Part shown: one piece after another, positions 31,501 to 41,213 of the stretch
Layout: each line of letters begins with the position of its first letter
Position numbering within the stretch: position 1 is the stretch's first letter
Assembly (NCBI GenBank): GCA_036677445.1
Contig: JAVBWI010000019.1
Coordinates: 1,535 to 65,534, forward strand
Origin: Clostridia bacterium
GTDB lineage: Bacteria > Bacillota > Clostridia > Christensenellales > CAG-138
Reading direction: 5' to 3'
Length of the DNA: 64,000 bases
Position numbers and translations under genes: made by a program
The notes under the pieces: model-generated
What the model saw: the letters and a program-made list of their open reading frames with translations, nothing else
Databases searched by the model: none
What the model was told of the DNA's origin: nothing

Positions 31501-32118
31501 GAGATTCGCGCGTTGGGCAACATCAATGTCAACGCCGTGGAGGATTACCAGACGCTCAGCGAGCGCTACGAAACGCTCAGCGCGCAATGCGAGGATCTCA
31601 ACCGCGCCGAGGCGGATCTGCAAACGCTCATTGCGGAGCTGACCGCCACCATGCAGCAGCAGTTTTTGCAGCAGTTCCAGCTGATACAGAAGAATTTTTC
31701 AGTGGTGTTCGAACAGCTCTTTGGCGGCGGCTGGGCGGAGCTTCGGCTTTCCGATCCCAAGGATGTGCTCAATTGTGATATCGACATCATTGCGCAGCCG
31801 CCGGGCAAGAAGCTGCAATTGCTCACGCTGCTTTCCGGCGGCGAACGGGCGCTGACGGCGATCGCGCTGCTGTTCGCCATGCTTAAGCTCAAGCCGACAG
31901 TATTCTGCATACTCGACGAGATCGAATCCTCGCTCGACGAGGTCAACGTTACGCGGTTTGCAAACTATCTGTGCGAATATTCCGACGATACGCAGTTCAT
32001 ACTCATCACGCACCGCAAGGGCAGCATGGAAGTCTGCAACGCCCTCTACGGTGTCGCCATGGAAGAAAAGGGCGTTTCCAAGATCGTGTCCGCGCGCTTC
32101 CAGGATGCGGCGTCGTAA
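28549..32118 (+). CDS. smc: Chromosome segregation protein SMC
   Basis: 1189 aa. Walker A GPNGSGKSN, long coiled coils, a central hinge, the C-terminal LSGGE signature and Walker B ILDEIE. The start is TTG. Confidence 0.97.
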   Translation: MRLTKLELHGFKSFARKTELLFDEGITAVIGPNGSGKSNIADAVRWVLGEQSAKALRGTRMEDVIFNGTQERKAQAYCEVALTFDNSDASLPLEFSEVTITRRVYRSGESEYAINRNNCRLKDINELFRDTGIGKEGYSIIGQGKVEEILSNKSGDRRAALEEAAGVMRYRIRKEEALRKLEHTRKNLERLEDILGELKSQREPLQEQAEKARAYLGLRDELKALEINVFLYQYERTKERLSTVAATINQMQEEGAALMDTERALAADCAAQEEELRAIEQTASAAQNRLLAMMSGMEAHMGEANVLRERRDHLIRERERLEKALQEDAARRDAHGAALAQLAHNDTAGRDMLTALDAEIAQVQTQLGALQQAIEGQEQTLNAQKNSIIESLNRLSDAKSQLSRMEAMTAALEQRLAAVQGEQAAIADEREKLLAEQQEAQAEWQAQEQAHRSLLDAQTEAQKQLAQAQGGSRTADQTLRELEQRQNTMRSRSNVLDEMARAHEGYYFSVRNVLRDCDRDIELRRCILGVVAELIQVPETYETALEMALGSALQNIVTPTPEHAKRVIDHLRQRQYGRATLLPVSAMRPRLLDAGERAALQTPGCIGVASELVEYDEKYRSVVENLLGRTVIVKDLDSGIALNKRANAAFRIATLQGDIIHPGGSMTGGSVQKREFSLLGRERELKQLQQNIREIEAQMREAAVQRTQAEQRVEECKQAIAQAEANLHAQEIESARHKEKLELILRDIRQNEQKNERSELECAQIRDNLADIDKERKGIEGVQSGIEEGSAATQEDVQRSQARLNELRAQHEAVAATLTERKVQRMALQKEEDAVLLEHKRLERELAQTAHTLLDNQAAHTKTIEQEAALCEQIEALSRDIKDEQTEVDARKEEQHAMEEERQRRLQTLSEGRARKDELNARLRELEERRHKQELAQSRAELEFDTMQERMLTDYELTYETALPLRTETNGITAAHVRIDELKREIRALGNINVNAVEDYQTLSERYETLSAQCEDLNRAEADLQTLIAELTATMQQQFLQQFQLIQKNFSVVFEQLFGGGWAELRLSDPKDVLNCDIDIIAQPPGKKLQLLTLLSGGERALTAIALLFAMLKLKPTVFCILDEIESSLDEVNVTRFANYLCEYSDDTQFILITHRKGSMEVCNALYGVAMEEKGVSKIVSARFQDAAS

Positions 32119-32216
32119 AACAACCCGAAACGTGCTGCCTTGTGTGCCAAACATTGCGGGGGCGCGCCGCGCACGAATGATACTGAGAAAGGAACACACC
32201 TTCGGAAGGTATAGAT

Positions 32217-33128
32217 ATGGAACAAAAACAAAGCATGTTTCAAAGGCTCAAGCAGGGCCTGAGCAAAACACGGGATAACCTTCTTGCCGCGGTTTTTACC
32301 GGGCGGGATGGCATTGACGACGATTTTTTTGAGGAACTCGAAGAAGCGCTTATTATGGCGGACGTCGGCATGGAGCTTTCCGAGAGTCTGTTAGGCGAGC
32401 TGCGCACCTGTATCAAGGCGGAAAAGCTCAATAAATCCGCACAGGCGCGCGCGGCGCTCTCATCGCTGCTTGCGGCGCATATGCGCGTAGAGACGCCTTT
32501 CCTGCCCGAAACCGGGCCTGCCGTGCTGTTGATCGTAGGCGTCAATGGAGTGGGGAAGACGACCTCCATCGGCAAACTGGCATGGCATTTCAAACAGCAG
32601 GGCAAAAAACCCATGCTGGCCGCGGCGGATACATTCCGCGCGGCCGCCGCGGAGCAGCTTGGCATTTGGGCGGAGCGCGCCAAAGTACCCATGGTCCGCC
32701 ATGACGAGGGCGCGGACCCTGCCGCCGTCGTATTCGACGCCATCGCTTCCTTTAAGGCCAAGGGCTGCGACCTGTTGATCTGTGACACCGCAGGGCGTCT
32801 GCACAACAAAAAGAATTTGATGAACGAGCTGGAAAAGATACGCCGCGTCATCTCACGGGAACTGCCGGATGCCGCCTGCCGTGTGCTGTTGGTGCTGGAC
32901 GCCACGACCGGCCAGAACGCCATTGCGCAGGCAAAGGCCTTTGGAGAGGCCACGGGCCTGACCGATGTGGTGCTTACAAAGCTGGACGGCACCGCAAAGG
33001 GCGGCATGGCTGTAGCGGTAAAGGAGGTACTGGATCTTCCCGTGCGCTTTGTGGGCGTGGGGGAAGGGATCGACGACCTGCAGCCTTTTGATGCGGAAGC
33101 GTTTGCCGCCGCGCTGCTGGGGGAATAG
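32217..33128 (+). CDS. ftsY: Signal recognition particle receptor FtsY
   Basis: NG domain motifs GVNGVGKTTSIGKLA, DTAGR, TKLDGTAKGG and G.GE...DL. Confidence 0.95.
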   Translation: MEQKQSMFQRLKQGLSKTRDNLLAAVFTGRDGIDDDFFEELEEALIMADVGMELSESLLGELRTCIKAEKLNKSAQARAALSSLLAAHMRVETPFLPETGPAVLLIVGVNGVGKTTSIGKLAWHFKQQGKKPMLAAADTFRAAAAEQLGIWAERAKVPMVRHDEGADPAAVVFDAIASFKAKGCDLLICDTAGRLHNKKNLMNELEKIRRVISRELPDAACRVLLVLDATTGQNAIAQAKAFGEATGLTDVVLTKLDGTAKGGMAVAVKEVLDLPVRFVGVGEGIDDLQPFDAEAFAAALLGE

Positions 33129-33174
33129 TAATAATCAATAAAAACGGGGGCTGCTGATGCAGCTCCCGCTTACG

Positions 33175-34029
33175 CTATTCTTCCAGATCCATATCGAGGT
33201 CATCGTCCTGTGCGCGCTTGGCGCGGCGACGGGATTTGGGTGTTTCTTCCTCATCGAGTTTGTCCAGCGAATCTTCTTCCTCGAACAATTCGTCCTCGTC
33301 CTTACGGCGGAACCAGCCCCGCTTACGGCGCGGCTGGAAGTCTTCCTCTTCTTCCTTGGCTTCCGCCTGTGCTACCGGCGCCTGCGGCTCAACCGGGCGC
33401 TTGACGGACTGCGGCGCATCTTGCTTAGCGTGCTGCGGCGCGGCCTGCTGTACCGGCTGTGCCGCCTGCTGCTGTACGGGCGGCCGTGTGGCGACGACGC
33501 CAAGCTCTGTGCGGTTCTGGCCGACCATGTGATGGTATCCCATTAAATAACGCTGCACATCCTGCAATATTTCGTCCGCATACTGCTTTGCACCGTTATA
33601 TACGATGTTCGCGTTGTTTTCGGCTTGTTTTTGTAAAAGCTCCGCGCGGCGCTGTACTTCCAGGAGCACTTTATCCTCCGCTACGCGCGCTTCAAATTCC
33701 TCCTCCGCGGCCCGGCGTATCTGCTCCGCTTCCGAGAGGGACTGGCGATGCAGCGCATCCGCTTCCTGCTGCGCCTGATCTACCACGTCTACCGCTTCCT
33801 GATTGGCGTGCTCGAGCAGGGTGTCCGCCTCGATGAGCACGCTGTTGGCCCGGCGGATATCCTCCGGAATCGTTACCTTCAGGTCGCCTAACAGGTCGTA
33901 TATTTCATCGACATCCACAATACGGCGGCTGCCGCCGCCCAGTTTGGGGCGCGGCGCGCTCTCGAGCGTTTGCTCTATCTGGGATATGATGGTGAATATC
34001 CGCAGGGATTGCTGATTCTGTGTGCTCAT
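33175..34029 (-). CDS. Hypothetical coiled-coil protein with highly charged C-terminal tail
   Basis: 284-aa ORF whose start overlaps the coaD stop (translationally coupled). The central region is Gln/Glu/Ala-rich heptad-like (QEADALHRQSLSEAEQIRRAAEEEFEARVAEDK). The C-terminus is KR/DE-rich. No enzyme motif was found. Confidence 0.55.
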   Translation of the reverse strand: MSTQNQQSLRIFTIISQIEQTLESAPRPKLGGGSRRIVDVDEIYDLLGDLKVTIPEDIRRANSVLIEADTLLEHANQEAVDVVDQAQQEADALHRQSLSEAEQIRRAAEEEFEARVAEDKVLLEVQRRAELLQKQAENNANIVYNGAKQYADEILQDVQRYLMGYHHMVGQNRTELGVVATRPPVQQQAAQPVQQAAPQHAKQDAPQSVKRPVEPQAPVAQAEAKEEEEDFQPRRKRGWFRRKDEDELFEEEDSLDKLDEEETPKSRRRAKRAQDDDLDMDLEE

Positions 34030-34526
34030 CGCTTTGTCAACCTTTCTATTATGATGCTTTTGTTCACTGCCGGCACAAGATCGTCGATGGAACCGCCCAG
34101 CGAGCAGACTTCCCGTATTACGCTGGAGCTTAAATACGAATGCTCCGGCTCGGCCATAAAATAAACCGTATCGATATCCGGCGCAAGCCGCCGGTTCATT
34201 GCGCTGATCTGGAATTCATATTCGAAATCCATCACGGCGCGCAGGCCGCGTATGATGTGACGGGCGCCCAGACTGTGTGCATATTCCACCAGCAGACCGT
34301 CGAATGACCCGGGTTCTACGTTTGTAAGTCCCTCTTCCCGTACGGCGGCGTCGATGAACGCTATCCGTTCTCCCACAGTGAAAAAGGGCCTTTTTGAAGA
34401 GTTTGTCAATACGGCTACCACGACGCGGTCCATCAGCGCCGCGGCGCGGCGCAGTACGTCCATATGCCCTGCGGTCAGGGGGTCGAAGCTCCCTGGATAA
34501 ACGCCTATATTCAAATTACTATGCAT
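34026..34526 (-). CDS. coaD: Phosphopantetheine adenylyltransferase
   Basis: IGVYPGSFDPLTAGHMD (the T/HxGH motif) and ISAMNR. The internal ATG at 34526 gives the canonical ~166-aa length. The track start at 34550 is the alternative. Confidence 0.92.
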   Translation of the reverse strand: MHSNLNIGVYPGSFDPLTAGHMDVLRRAAALMDRVVVAVLTNSSKRPFFTVGERIAFIDAAVREEGLTNVEPGSFDGLLVEYAHSLGARHIIRGLRAVMDFEYEFQISAMNRRLAPDIDTVYFMAEPEHSYLSSSVIREVCSLGGSIDDLVPAVNKSIIIERLTKR

Positions 34527-35121
34527 CCTTTCCGTTACGGGGAGGGACAAAAAAGCTCAGGCCCGTATCGCCGTACTTGCGCGTATCCGCATGCTCCATC
34601 AGCGGTTCGACGGCATGCGGAGGCTCCTCCCACGCATGCTCCACGATAACCTGCCCGCCGGCGCCAATGAGCCCCGCGCGAAACAATGCTTCCATCGCCT
34701 GTTGCGCGCCCAGGCGGTAAGGCGGGTCCAGAAAAACGAGATTAAATGCCTGTCCGCCCGAAAGCCGGTTGACCGCTGCAAGCGCATCCGCCTGCATGAC
34801 GGCGGCGCGATCCGAAAACCCCAGCGTATCCAGATTCCGGCGTATTATATCGCAGCAGCCGTGATCGGAATCGTTGAATACGGCATAGGCCGCCCCGCGC
34901 GAAAGCGCCTCCAACCCGAGATTGCCCGAGCCTGCATAAAGATCCAGCACGCGCGCGCCTGGAATGGAAAACTGCAAAATGCCGAACAGCGCTTCTTTGA
35001 CGCGGTCCAGCGTAGGGCGCGTATTTCTGCCTTTGGGGGCAAGGATGGGTCTGCCCCGTGCCGCGCCGGCGATAATGCGCAAAGGCTTCCTCCCAAGAAT
35101 ACCATTTTTTACGCCTATCAT
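34519..35121 (-). CDS. rsmD: 16S rRNA (guanine966-N2)-methyltransferase RsmD
   Basis: RIIAG..RGR.L..P....RPT.DRVKEALF, a SAM motif LDLYAGSGNLGLEALSRGA and DPPY. rsmD-coaD is a conserved gene order. Confidence 0.9.
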   Translation of the reverse strand: MIGVKNGILGRKPLRIIAGAARGRPILAPKGRNTRPTLDRVKEALFGILQFSIPGARVLDLYAGSGNLGLEALSRGAAYAVFNDSDHGCCDIIRRNLDTLGFSDRAAVMQADALAAVNRLSGGQAFNLVFLDPPYRLGAQQAMEALFRAGLIGAGGQVIVEHAWEEPPHAVEPLMEHADTRKYGDTGLSFFVPPRNGKDA

Positions 35122-35361
35122 TGTATCATAAAAAGCACCCTGTGCAAATCAAAAAGAATGTACAGCCAGTCTTTACCTGTCGGTAAGGCGGGCAAATACC
35201 GGGCGGTATACAAAAGGGATGCTTTAAGCCGCAAAGGCAAGTGGGCGGGCTTGCCTGGCATAAACAGCATCCCTGCAGGAGGAACGACATTGTCCGGGTA
35301 GAGTTCGGGAATAGGAAACGGTTGCATATCCTGACCATCCGCAGGATACGTACGGGGGATG

Positions 35362-36843
35362 TTAACTGCGCCCGTACAGGCGTGTGAGGCAGGCGATTTT
35401 TTCAGCAAGCGCATCGGAACACTCGCCGGGCAGCATGCGCCATTGCCAGTTGCCGCCTACCGTACCGGGGGTGTTCATGCGGCAGCCTGAGCCCAGCTCC
35501 AGATAATCCTGCATCTGCGCAACGAACAGGTCCGCTACGGACGCCATGCCGCCGCGTATCAGCCCCCATACGCGCCCTTCCGCGTCGTTCAGGCCAAGGT
35601 AAGCCTCTGCATGCGCCGCGTCGTCCCGGCTGATTTCCCGCAGCCAGCCTGCCGCGGTGGTGTTGTCGTGTGTGCCGGTGTAGCAAACGCAGTGCCGCGT
35701 GTAGGTATGCGGCAGATAATTGCCCGGCTCGCGCGTATCAAACGCGAACTGTAGCACCTTCATGCCGGGGTAACCTGAGCGTTTTACCAACTCCATCACT
35801 TCATCCGTCAGGTATCCCAAGTCTTCCGCTATGATTGTAAGTTCGCCGAAGCGCTGTTTCATCGCCTCGATCAGGTCCCAGCCCGGCCCCTGCACCCATT
35901 TGCCGTTGCGGGCGGTGGTTTCGCCGCTGGGGACGCTCCAATAGCTTGCAAGGCCTCGAAAATGATCGATGCGTATTACATCAAACATACGGGCCGCCAT
36001 CGCGATGCGGTCCATCCAGAGCGCGTATCCGTTTTTCTTCAGTGATTCCCAGTCGTAAAGCGGGTTTCCCCAAAGCTGCCCGTCGGCGCTGAAATAATCC
36101 GGGGGCACTCCCGCTACGGCGGTGAGATTTCGCTCTTCATCCAGCAAAAAGCATTCGGGTCTTGACCAAACCTCCGCCGAATCCGGCGCGGCGTATATCG
36201 GCAGGTCGCCAATAAGACGTATGCCCCGAAGTGAAACGTATTCCTTAAAGCCCGCCCATTGCCGGAAGAACAGGTACTGTACAAACATATAGAACCGGAT
36301 ATCTTCTTCCAGCAGGCAGGTATAGCGCTGTATGGCCTCCGGCTGCCTGCGCCGTATGGCGTCGTCCTCCCACTGCATCCAGGAGCGCATTCCGAAGTAT
36401 TGCTTGAGCGCCATGAACAGCGCGTAGTCCTGCAGCCAGCAGCTGTTTGCGGATTGGAACGCTTCCATTTCCGCCGCGTGACGCAAAAAGCCGCGGCGGT
36501 ACGCCGCGCGAAGCAAATGGTAACGGTGCGCATAGATTGCTCCATAGTCCACACGGCGCGCACTTTTACCCCAGTTGATAGCGTTTACCTCCTCGCAGGT
36601 GAGCAAGTCGTCCGCAATCAGCATGTCGAGATCAATGAAATACGGGTTGCCCGCATACATGGAAAACGCCTGATAGGGAGAATCTCCGTACCCTGTGTGG
36701 CCAAGCGGGAGCATCTGCCAGTATTGCTGGCCGGCTTTGGCAAGAAAATCCGCAAAGCCATAGGCCGCCCTTCCCAAAGTGCCTATGCCGTGGGGGGAAG
36801 GAAGGGAGGAAATATGCATCAATATGCCGCTGCTGCGCTTCAT
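35362..36843 (-). CDS. malQ: 4-alpha-glucanotransferase (amylomaltase, GH77)
   Basis: MKRSSGILMHISSLPSPHGIGTLG, SPY and DHFRG are typical GH77 motifs. The gene lies downstream of a sugar ABC transporter. Confidence 0.93.
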   Translation of the reverse strand: MKRSSGILMHISSLPSPHGIGTLGRAAYGFADFLAKAGQQYWQMLPLGHTGYGDSPYQAFSMYAGNPYFIDLDMLIADDLLTCEEVNAINWGKSARRVDYGAIYAHRYHLLRAAYRRGFLRHAAEMEAFQSANSCWLQDYALFMALKQYFGMRSWMQWEDDAIRRRQPEAIQRYTCLLEEDIRFYMFVQYLFFRQWAGFKEYVSLRGIRLIGDLPIYAAPDSAEVWSRPECFLLDEERNLTAVAGVPPDYFSADGQLWGNPLYDWESLKKNGYALWMDRIAMAARMFDVIRIDHFRGLASYWSVPSGETTARNGKWVQGPGWDLIEAMKQRFGELTIIAEDLGYLTDEVMELVKRSGYPGMKVLQFAFDTREPGNYLPHTYTRHCVCYTGTHDNTTAAGWLREISRDDAAHAEAYLGLNDAEGRVWGLIRGGMASVADLFVAQMQDYLELGSGCRMNTPGTVGGNWQWRMLPGECSDALAEKIACLTRLYGRS

Positions 36844-36862
36844 TCATACACTCCTGCGGGCG

Positions 36863-37720
36863 TCATCCCTTGACCGCTCCTGCGACAACGCCTTTGATAA
36901 TGTGCCGTTGGCTGGTAAGATAGAATACGACGATCGGCGTGATCGCCAGCACCAGCATGGCCATCATCGCCCCCATATCGATTGAGCCGTAACCGCCTTT
37001 CAAATACTGTATGGCGATGGGTATGGTCTTGTGGTCCGTATCCAGCAGCAGGTATGGCAGGAGGTAATCGTTCCATATCCACATGGTGTTGAGTATGGCG
37101 ACCGTGATGGCGGTGGGTTTTAGAATGGGAAATACGATTTTAAAGAACGTGCGGATGGGCCCGCAGCCATCCATCATGGCGGCTTCTTCCACGTCAACGG
37201 GGATGGACTTGACAAACCCGCTGAACATAAAGGTAGATAACCCCGCGCCAAACCCCAGGTAGATCAATATAATGCCGAAGGGATTGTCAAGGTGGAGCAT
37301 ATTTGCAAACTTGGACATAGTGAACATGACCATTTGAAACGGTACGATCATGGAGAACACAAGCGTGTAATAAATTACCTTTGTGAACGTACGCTTGACA
37401 CGGGTGATATACCAGCCGGTCATGGCCGTAAAGAGCACGATAACGGCGACCGAGCAAACCGTGATAAACAGCGACCAAAAGAACGCCTGCCAGAAGCCGA
37501 TCTTTTCAATACCGCTGCTATAATTGCTTAAGCCCGCAAAGGTGCCTTCCGCCGCCGAAGGGAACGAGAAAGGCGCGGAGCTGATGAACAGCTTTCCCTT
37601 GAAGGAGTTCATCAGTACGATGCCGATGGGGGAAAGGTATAACAGAGCAAGTACAGAGAGTAGCAAGCCCATCAGGGTACGGATGGACCGCTGCCGGTGT
37701 GAACGGCTTTTGCTGTTCAT
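36863..37720 (-). CDS. Carbohydrate ABC transporter permease (MalG-like)
   Basis: 6-TM protein with an EAA loop (EEAAMMDGCGPIRTFFKIVFP). Confidence 0.9.
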   Translation of the reverse strand: MNSKSRSHRQRSIRTLMGLLLSVLALLYLSPIGIVLMNSFKGKLFISSAPFSFPSAAEGTFAGLSNYSSGIEKIGFWQAFFWSLFITVCSVAVIVLFTAMTGWYITRVKRTFTKVIYYTLVFSMIVPFQMVMFTMSKFANMLHLDNPFGIILIYLGFGAGLSTFMFSGFVKSIPVDVEEAAMMDGCGPIRTFFKIVFPILKPTAITVAILNTMWIWNDYLLPYLLLDTDHKTIPIAIQYLKGGYGSIDMGAMMAMLVLAITPIVVFYLTSQRHIIKGVVAGAVKG

Positions 37721-38562
37721 TGCTCCACCTCCCTGCGCCTTGTCAGTATCAGCTGTACAAACGCTATGGCGGCAACCAGCAGGAAGAATACCACGGCCTT
37801 TGCCTGGCCGACGCCTTCCCAGCCCATACGTCCGTAAAACGTGTTGTAAATATCCAGCGCGAGCATTGCAGTTTGCTTGGAAGGCGCGCCTGCGGTCAGC
37901 GCAAGATTCTGGTCAAACAGCTTGAAGGAGTTCGTAAGCGTCAGAAAGGTGCATATCGTAACGGCGGGCATGACCATGGGGATGGTGACGTTTTTAAGTA
38001 ATCCCCATTTGCCTGCGCCGTCGACTTTGGCGGCGTCCATCAGTTCCCCGGGGATATGCTGAATACCGGCGATGTATATGATCATCATGTAGCCGATCAG
38101 CTGCCAGTTCATCAGCAGCACCAGCCCCCAGAAGCCATATTCCGGTTTGAATGTGAGCGTGACGCCGAACTGGTAAAGTATGCCGTTGAGTATGATCTGC
38201 CAGATATACCCCAGCACAATCCCGCCGATGAGATTGGGCATGAAGAACACGGTCCGGAATACATTCGTGCCCTTTATCCCGCGGGTAAGCAGCAGCGCGA
38301 TGGCAAATGCCAGCACATTGATGGTTACTACAGATACCACTGCGAACTTGGCGGTAAACCAAAGCGCGTTCAAAAATTCGTCGTTGGTGGCAAACGCCTT
38401 GCTGTAGTTGGATACCCCGACCCAATGCGCGTTGGTGACGGTGGTGAATTCCGTAAACGACAGGTATATGCCCATGATAAACGGAATCACAAACGCGATG
38501 GCGAACGCGATCAGCGTGGGCAGAGCGAAGAAAGCGAAGTATTTCTTCAGTGATTTTTGCAT
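37717..38562 (-). CDS. Carbohydrate ABC transporter permease (MalF-like)
   Basis: 6-TM protein with an EAA-type loop (DAAKVDGAGKWGLLKNVTIPM). It overlaps the downstream permease start. Confidence 0.9.
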   Translation of the reverse strand: MQKSLKKYFAFFALPTLIAFAIAFVIPFIMGIYLSFTEFTTVTNAHWVGVSNYSKAFATNDEFLNALWFTAKFAVVSVVTINVLAFAIALLLTRGIKGTNVFRTVFFMPNLIGGIVLGYIWQIILNGILYQFGVTLTFKPEYGFWGLVLLMNWQLIGYMMIIYIAGIQHIPGELMDAAKVDGAGKWGLLKNVTIPMVMPAVTICTFLTLTNSFKLFDQNLALTAGAPSKQTAMLALDIYNTFYGRMGWEGVGQAKAVVFFLLVAAIAFVQLILTRRREVEQ

Positions 38563-38639
38563 ATCGGCGCCCCTCCTTATGGATACTGCTCCGCACTGGG
38601 CATGCGGAGCAGTATCGCAAATGCTTTTACGGTATCTGT

Positions 38640-40031
38640 TCAGGAAGCGGCACGTTCAGACGCCCAGGACTGCACCACGACATCTGCGACTTCTTCCCAG
38701 GTCTTGGAGCCCTGCGCGTATTCGAGCAGCGCGTCGCCGAAGTAGTTCTTGAACTCCTCGGAAGGGAATGCAGCGAACGTCCACGCAACAGAGGTCACGC
38801 CACCCTTTTCCATCCAGGCGAGCACTTCCTTGGCCAGCGGATCGGTCGGCTTTTCATCATCCTCAAAGGTGTTGAACGGCGCGATGAAGCCCAGCTTCTC
38901 CTTCACAAAGCCCTTACCCGTATCGCTGGAGAACAGCCACACGAGGAAATCGATGGAGGCCTGCTGCTTCTCGGGGGAAGCCTGGCTGTTGATGCACAGA
39001 TAGTTCTCCGTGCCGATGCATAGCCCCTGGTTTTCCTCGCCCGCTACGCCGGTGTAGATGGGCAGGAACTTGATATCCGCGTCGGCAACGGTGTTGCCTT
39101 CAACGCCCAATATCTGCGAAGCGCCCCAGTTGCCGTTCTGCACCATGGCGCAACGGCCCAGCGCGAACTCCGCCATGGAGTCATTGACGGAAATGTTGCC
39201 GAGCAACCCCTTGGCGGAAACGGAGTTATTGAGGTACAGGTCGAATATGTTACGGTAATTGTCACCGTATTTGAATGCGATGGTATCGGCCGCGAGCCCC
39301 GCGAGTACGGTATTGTCGTAGGCGGCGTTGTCCTTGAATTCGTAATACAGCGGCAGGTTGGCAAGGTGGGTCTGCCAGCGCCACTGTTCGCCCGCGAGCA
39401 GAGACGTGGAAGCGAACACGCCTTCAATACCCAACTGATCCTTCTTTGCCTGCATATCTTCCACTACGGCCTTGAGTGCGGCAAAACTATTGATTTCGTC
39501 CATGGAGGCGGCAGCTGCGCCGTCAAGGGCAAAATACTTCTGCATGATCGCATTGTTGTAAATGATGCCGTAGCCTTCCACAACGTAGGGAATACCGTAT
39601 ACGCCGTCGCCGCTTGCAACGGCAAGGCTCTTGTCCGAAAGCATGTTGTAGAGTTGGGTGCCGGAGAGATCCAGGCAATAATCCTTCCAGCCCTGGTAGC
39701 CGACCGGCCCGTTGATCTGGAAGATGGTAGGCGCGTCGGTCTTTGCGATCTCGCTCTTTAAGGTGGTTTCATACGTACCGGCGGCAGCCGTGTCGACCTT
39801 CACCTTCACGCCTGTTTCCGCTTGGTAAGCCGCGGCGATTTCCGTGTACACCTCTGCAATCTCGGGCTTGAAATTGAGGAAGTAGATTTCAGTCGCGGCG
39901 GCGGCAGACTCTTCGGACGGTTTTTCCGCCACGGGTGCTTCGACGGGCGATTGTGCGGCGGGCTGCGCGCAGCCTGCCAGAGCGGCTGCGGACATCAGAA
40001 TCACGAGAAGCAGCGCAATTGTTTTCTTCAT
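38640..40031 (-). CDS. Carbohydrate ABC transporter substrate-binding lipoprotein
   Basis: The internal ATG at 40031 gives MKKTIALLLVILMSAAALAGC (lipobox). The body is SBP family 1-like. It is the first structural gene of the transporter cluster. Confidence 0.88.
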   Translation of the reverse strand: MKKTIALLLVILMSAAALAGCAQPAAQSPVEAPVAEKPSEESAAAATEIYFLNFKPEIAEVYTEIAAAYQAETGVKVKVDTAAAGTYETTLKSEIAKTDAPTIFQINGPVGYQGWKDYCLDLSGTQLYNMLSDKSLAVASGDGVYGIPYVVEGYGIIYNNAIMQKYFALDGAAAASMDEINSFAALKAVVEDMQAKKDQLGIEGVFASTSLLAGEQWRWQTHLANLPLYYEFKDNAAYDNTVLAGLAADTIAFKYGDNYRNIFDLYLNNSVSAKGLLGNISVNDSMAEFALGRCAMVQNGNWGASQILGVEGNTVADADIKFLPIYTGVAGEENQGLCIGTENYLCINSQASPEKQQASIDFLVWLFSSDTGKGFVKEKLGFIAPFNTFEDDEKPTDPLAKEVLAWMEKGGVTSVAWTFAAFPSEEFKNYFGDALLEYAQGSKTWEEVADVVVQSWASERAAS

Positions 40032-40103
40032 TGACTTTCCACCTCTTTCTTGATAATAGGGCTTGCTGCATTTTGCGCGGCAGATCCGCACAAACCGAAT
40101 GTT

Positions 40104-41126
40104 TTAGTTAATGGGCATTACGGAGCCGCCTTCGCGAAGGTTCGTACCCAGCACCACGTGCCGGTTTTGGCCCTTTCCTTCGATGATATCGATCAACAGG
40201 CCCGCGCTTTGGCTAGCGATGGTATCGGCGGGCTGTTCGAGCGTAGTTAGGGTGGGGATGGTGTATTGGGAAAGCTCCAACCCATCGATGGCGATGACGG
40301 AACGGTCCTCCGGCACGCGGCAGCCGCTGTCCGTAAGCGCCTTCACGGCTGCGATGGCCATTGCGTCGGCGATGGTAAATACGGCGGTGAAGGTGTTATC
40401 CCGTGCAATCAGACGCCGCATGCCTTCATAGGCCGCCGGCATATCGAAGCTGCCGGTACACTCCACCAGCGACGGGACAAGCGGCAAACCGCATTCCTCC
40501 AGCGCCTGCTTATACCCTGCAAAACGCAGTTCGCTGATGGATTTATCGTTTTCGCGTGCAACCAGCGCGGCAATGCGCCTGTGGCCGCATGCGTACAAGC
40601 GCATGACGGCGTCGTGCGCTTCTTTTTTATCGTCCACCGCAATGGAAGAATAGGAGGCGGGGTCAAGGCTGCCGAACGTGTTGGTATAGGTGCAGCACAC
40701 ATAAGGAATATCCAGCCTTGCCGTATCCTCCGGCGTGTAATTGAATCTTCCACCCAAAAACAGTATGCCGAGCAGCTTGCGCTCGGTGGCCAGCATGACG
40801 GCCGTTTTTAACTCGTCGTCATCCGCGTTGATCTGATGCAGCGCCATCGAATAACCGCGCCGGTAAATCTCCTGCTCGACGCCCTTGATGATCCGTGTAA
40901 AGAACGGGTTGGAGACGCCGCGCACCACCAACGCGATGGTATCGGAGCTGGTGCATACAAGATTTCGCGCGCTGTTATTGGGGATGTAGCCGCATTGCTC
41001 AATCACATCCAAAATACGTTTGCGCATGGCGTCGCTGACATCCTGATGATTGTTGAGCACACGCGAAACGGTGCTGACGCTGGCATTGCAAATTCGAGCA
41101 ATATCCTTGATGGTTTGCTGTTTCAA
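40104..41126 (-). CDS. LacI-family transcriptional regulator
   Basis: N-terminal HTH IKDIARICNASVSTVSRVLN followed by a periplasmic-binding-fold sugar sensor domain. Confidence 0.92.
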   Translation of the reverse strand: MKQQTIKDIARICNASVSTVSRVLNNHQDVSDAMRKRILDVIEQCGYIPNNSARNLVCTSSDTIALVVRGVSNPFFTRIIKGVEQEIYRRGYSMALHQINADDDELKTAVMLATERKLLGILFLGGRFNYTPEDTARLDIPYVCCTYTNTFGSLDPASYSSIAVDDKKEAHDAVMRLYACGHRRIAALVARENDKSISELRFAGYKQALEECGLPLVPSLVECTGSFDMPAAYEGMRRLIARDNTFTAVFTIADAMAIAAVKALTDSGCRVPEDRSVIAIDGLELSQYTIPTLTTLEQPADTIASQSAGLLIDIIEGKGQNRHVVLGTNLREGGSVMPIN

Positions 41127-41187
41127 AGCGTAATCTTCCTTGCTTTTATGATGGAGGGCTGCCGAACACGATATTGTGCAGAAAAAC

Positions 41188-41213
41188 TGGAAACGTTACT
41201 GGAAACGTTTCCG
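41188..41213. promoter_or_regulatory. Candidate LacI-type operator (palindrome plus adjacent half-site repeat)
   Basis: CTGGAAACGTTA-CTGGAAACGTTTCC: TGGAAACGTTTCC (41200-41212) contains the perfect palindrome GGAAACGTTTCC with the central CG typical of LacI/cre-like operators. It lies in the divergent region upstream of the LacI gene. Confidence 0.5.

Noticed and set aside
33175-34029. The coiled-coil protein downstream of coaD, considered as a DivIVA- or ATP-synthase-b-like functional call
   Set aside because: Only compositional and heptad features are visible, with no diagnostic motif. It is kept as hypothetical rather than assigned a function.
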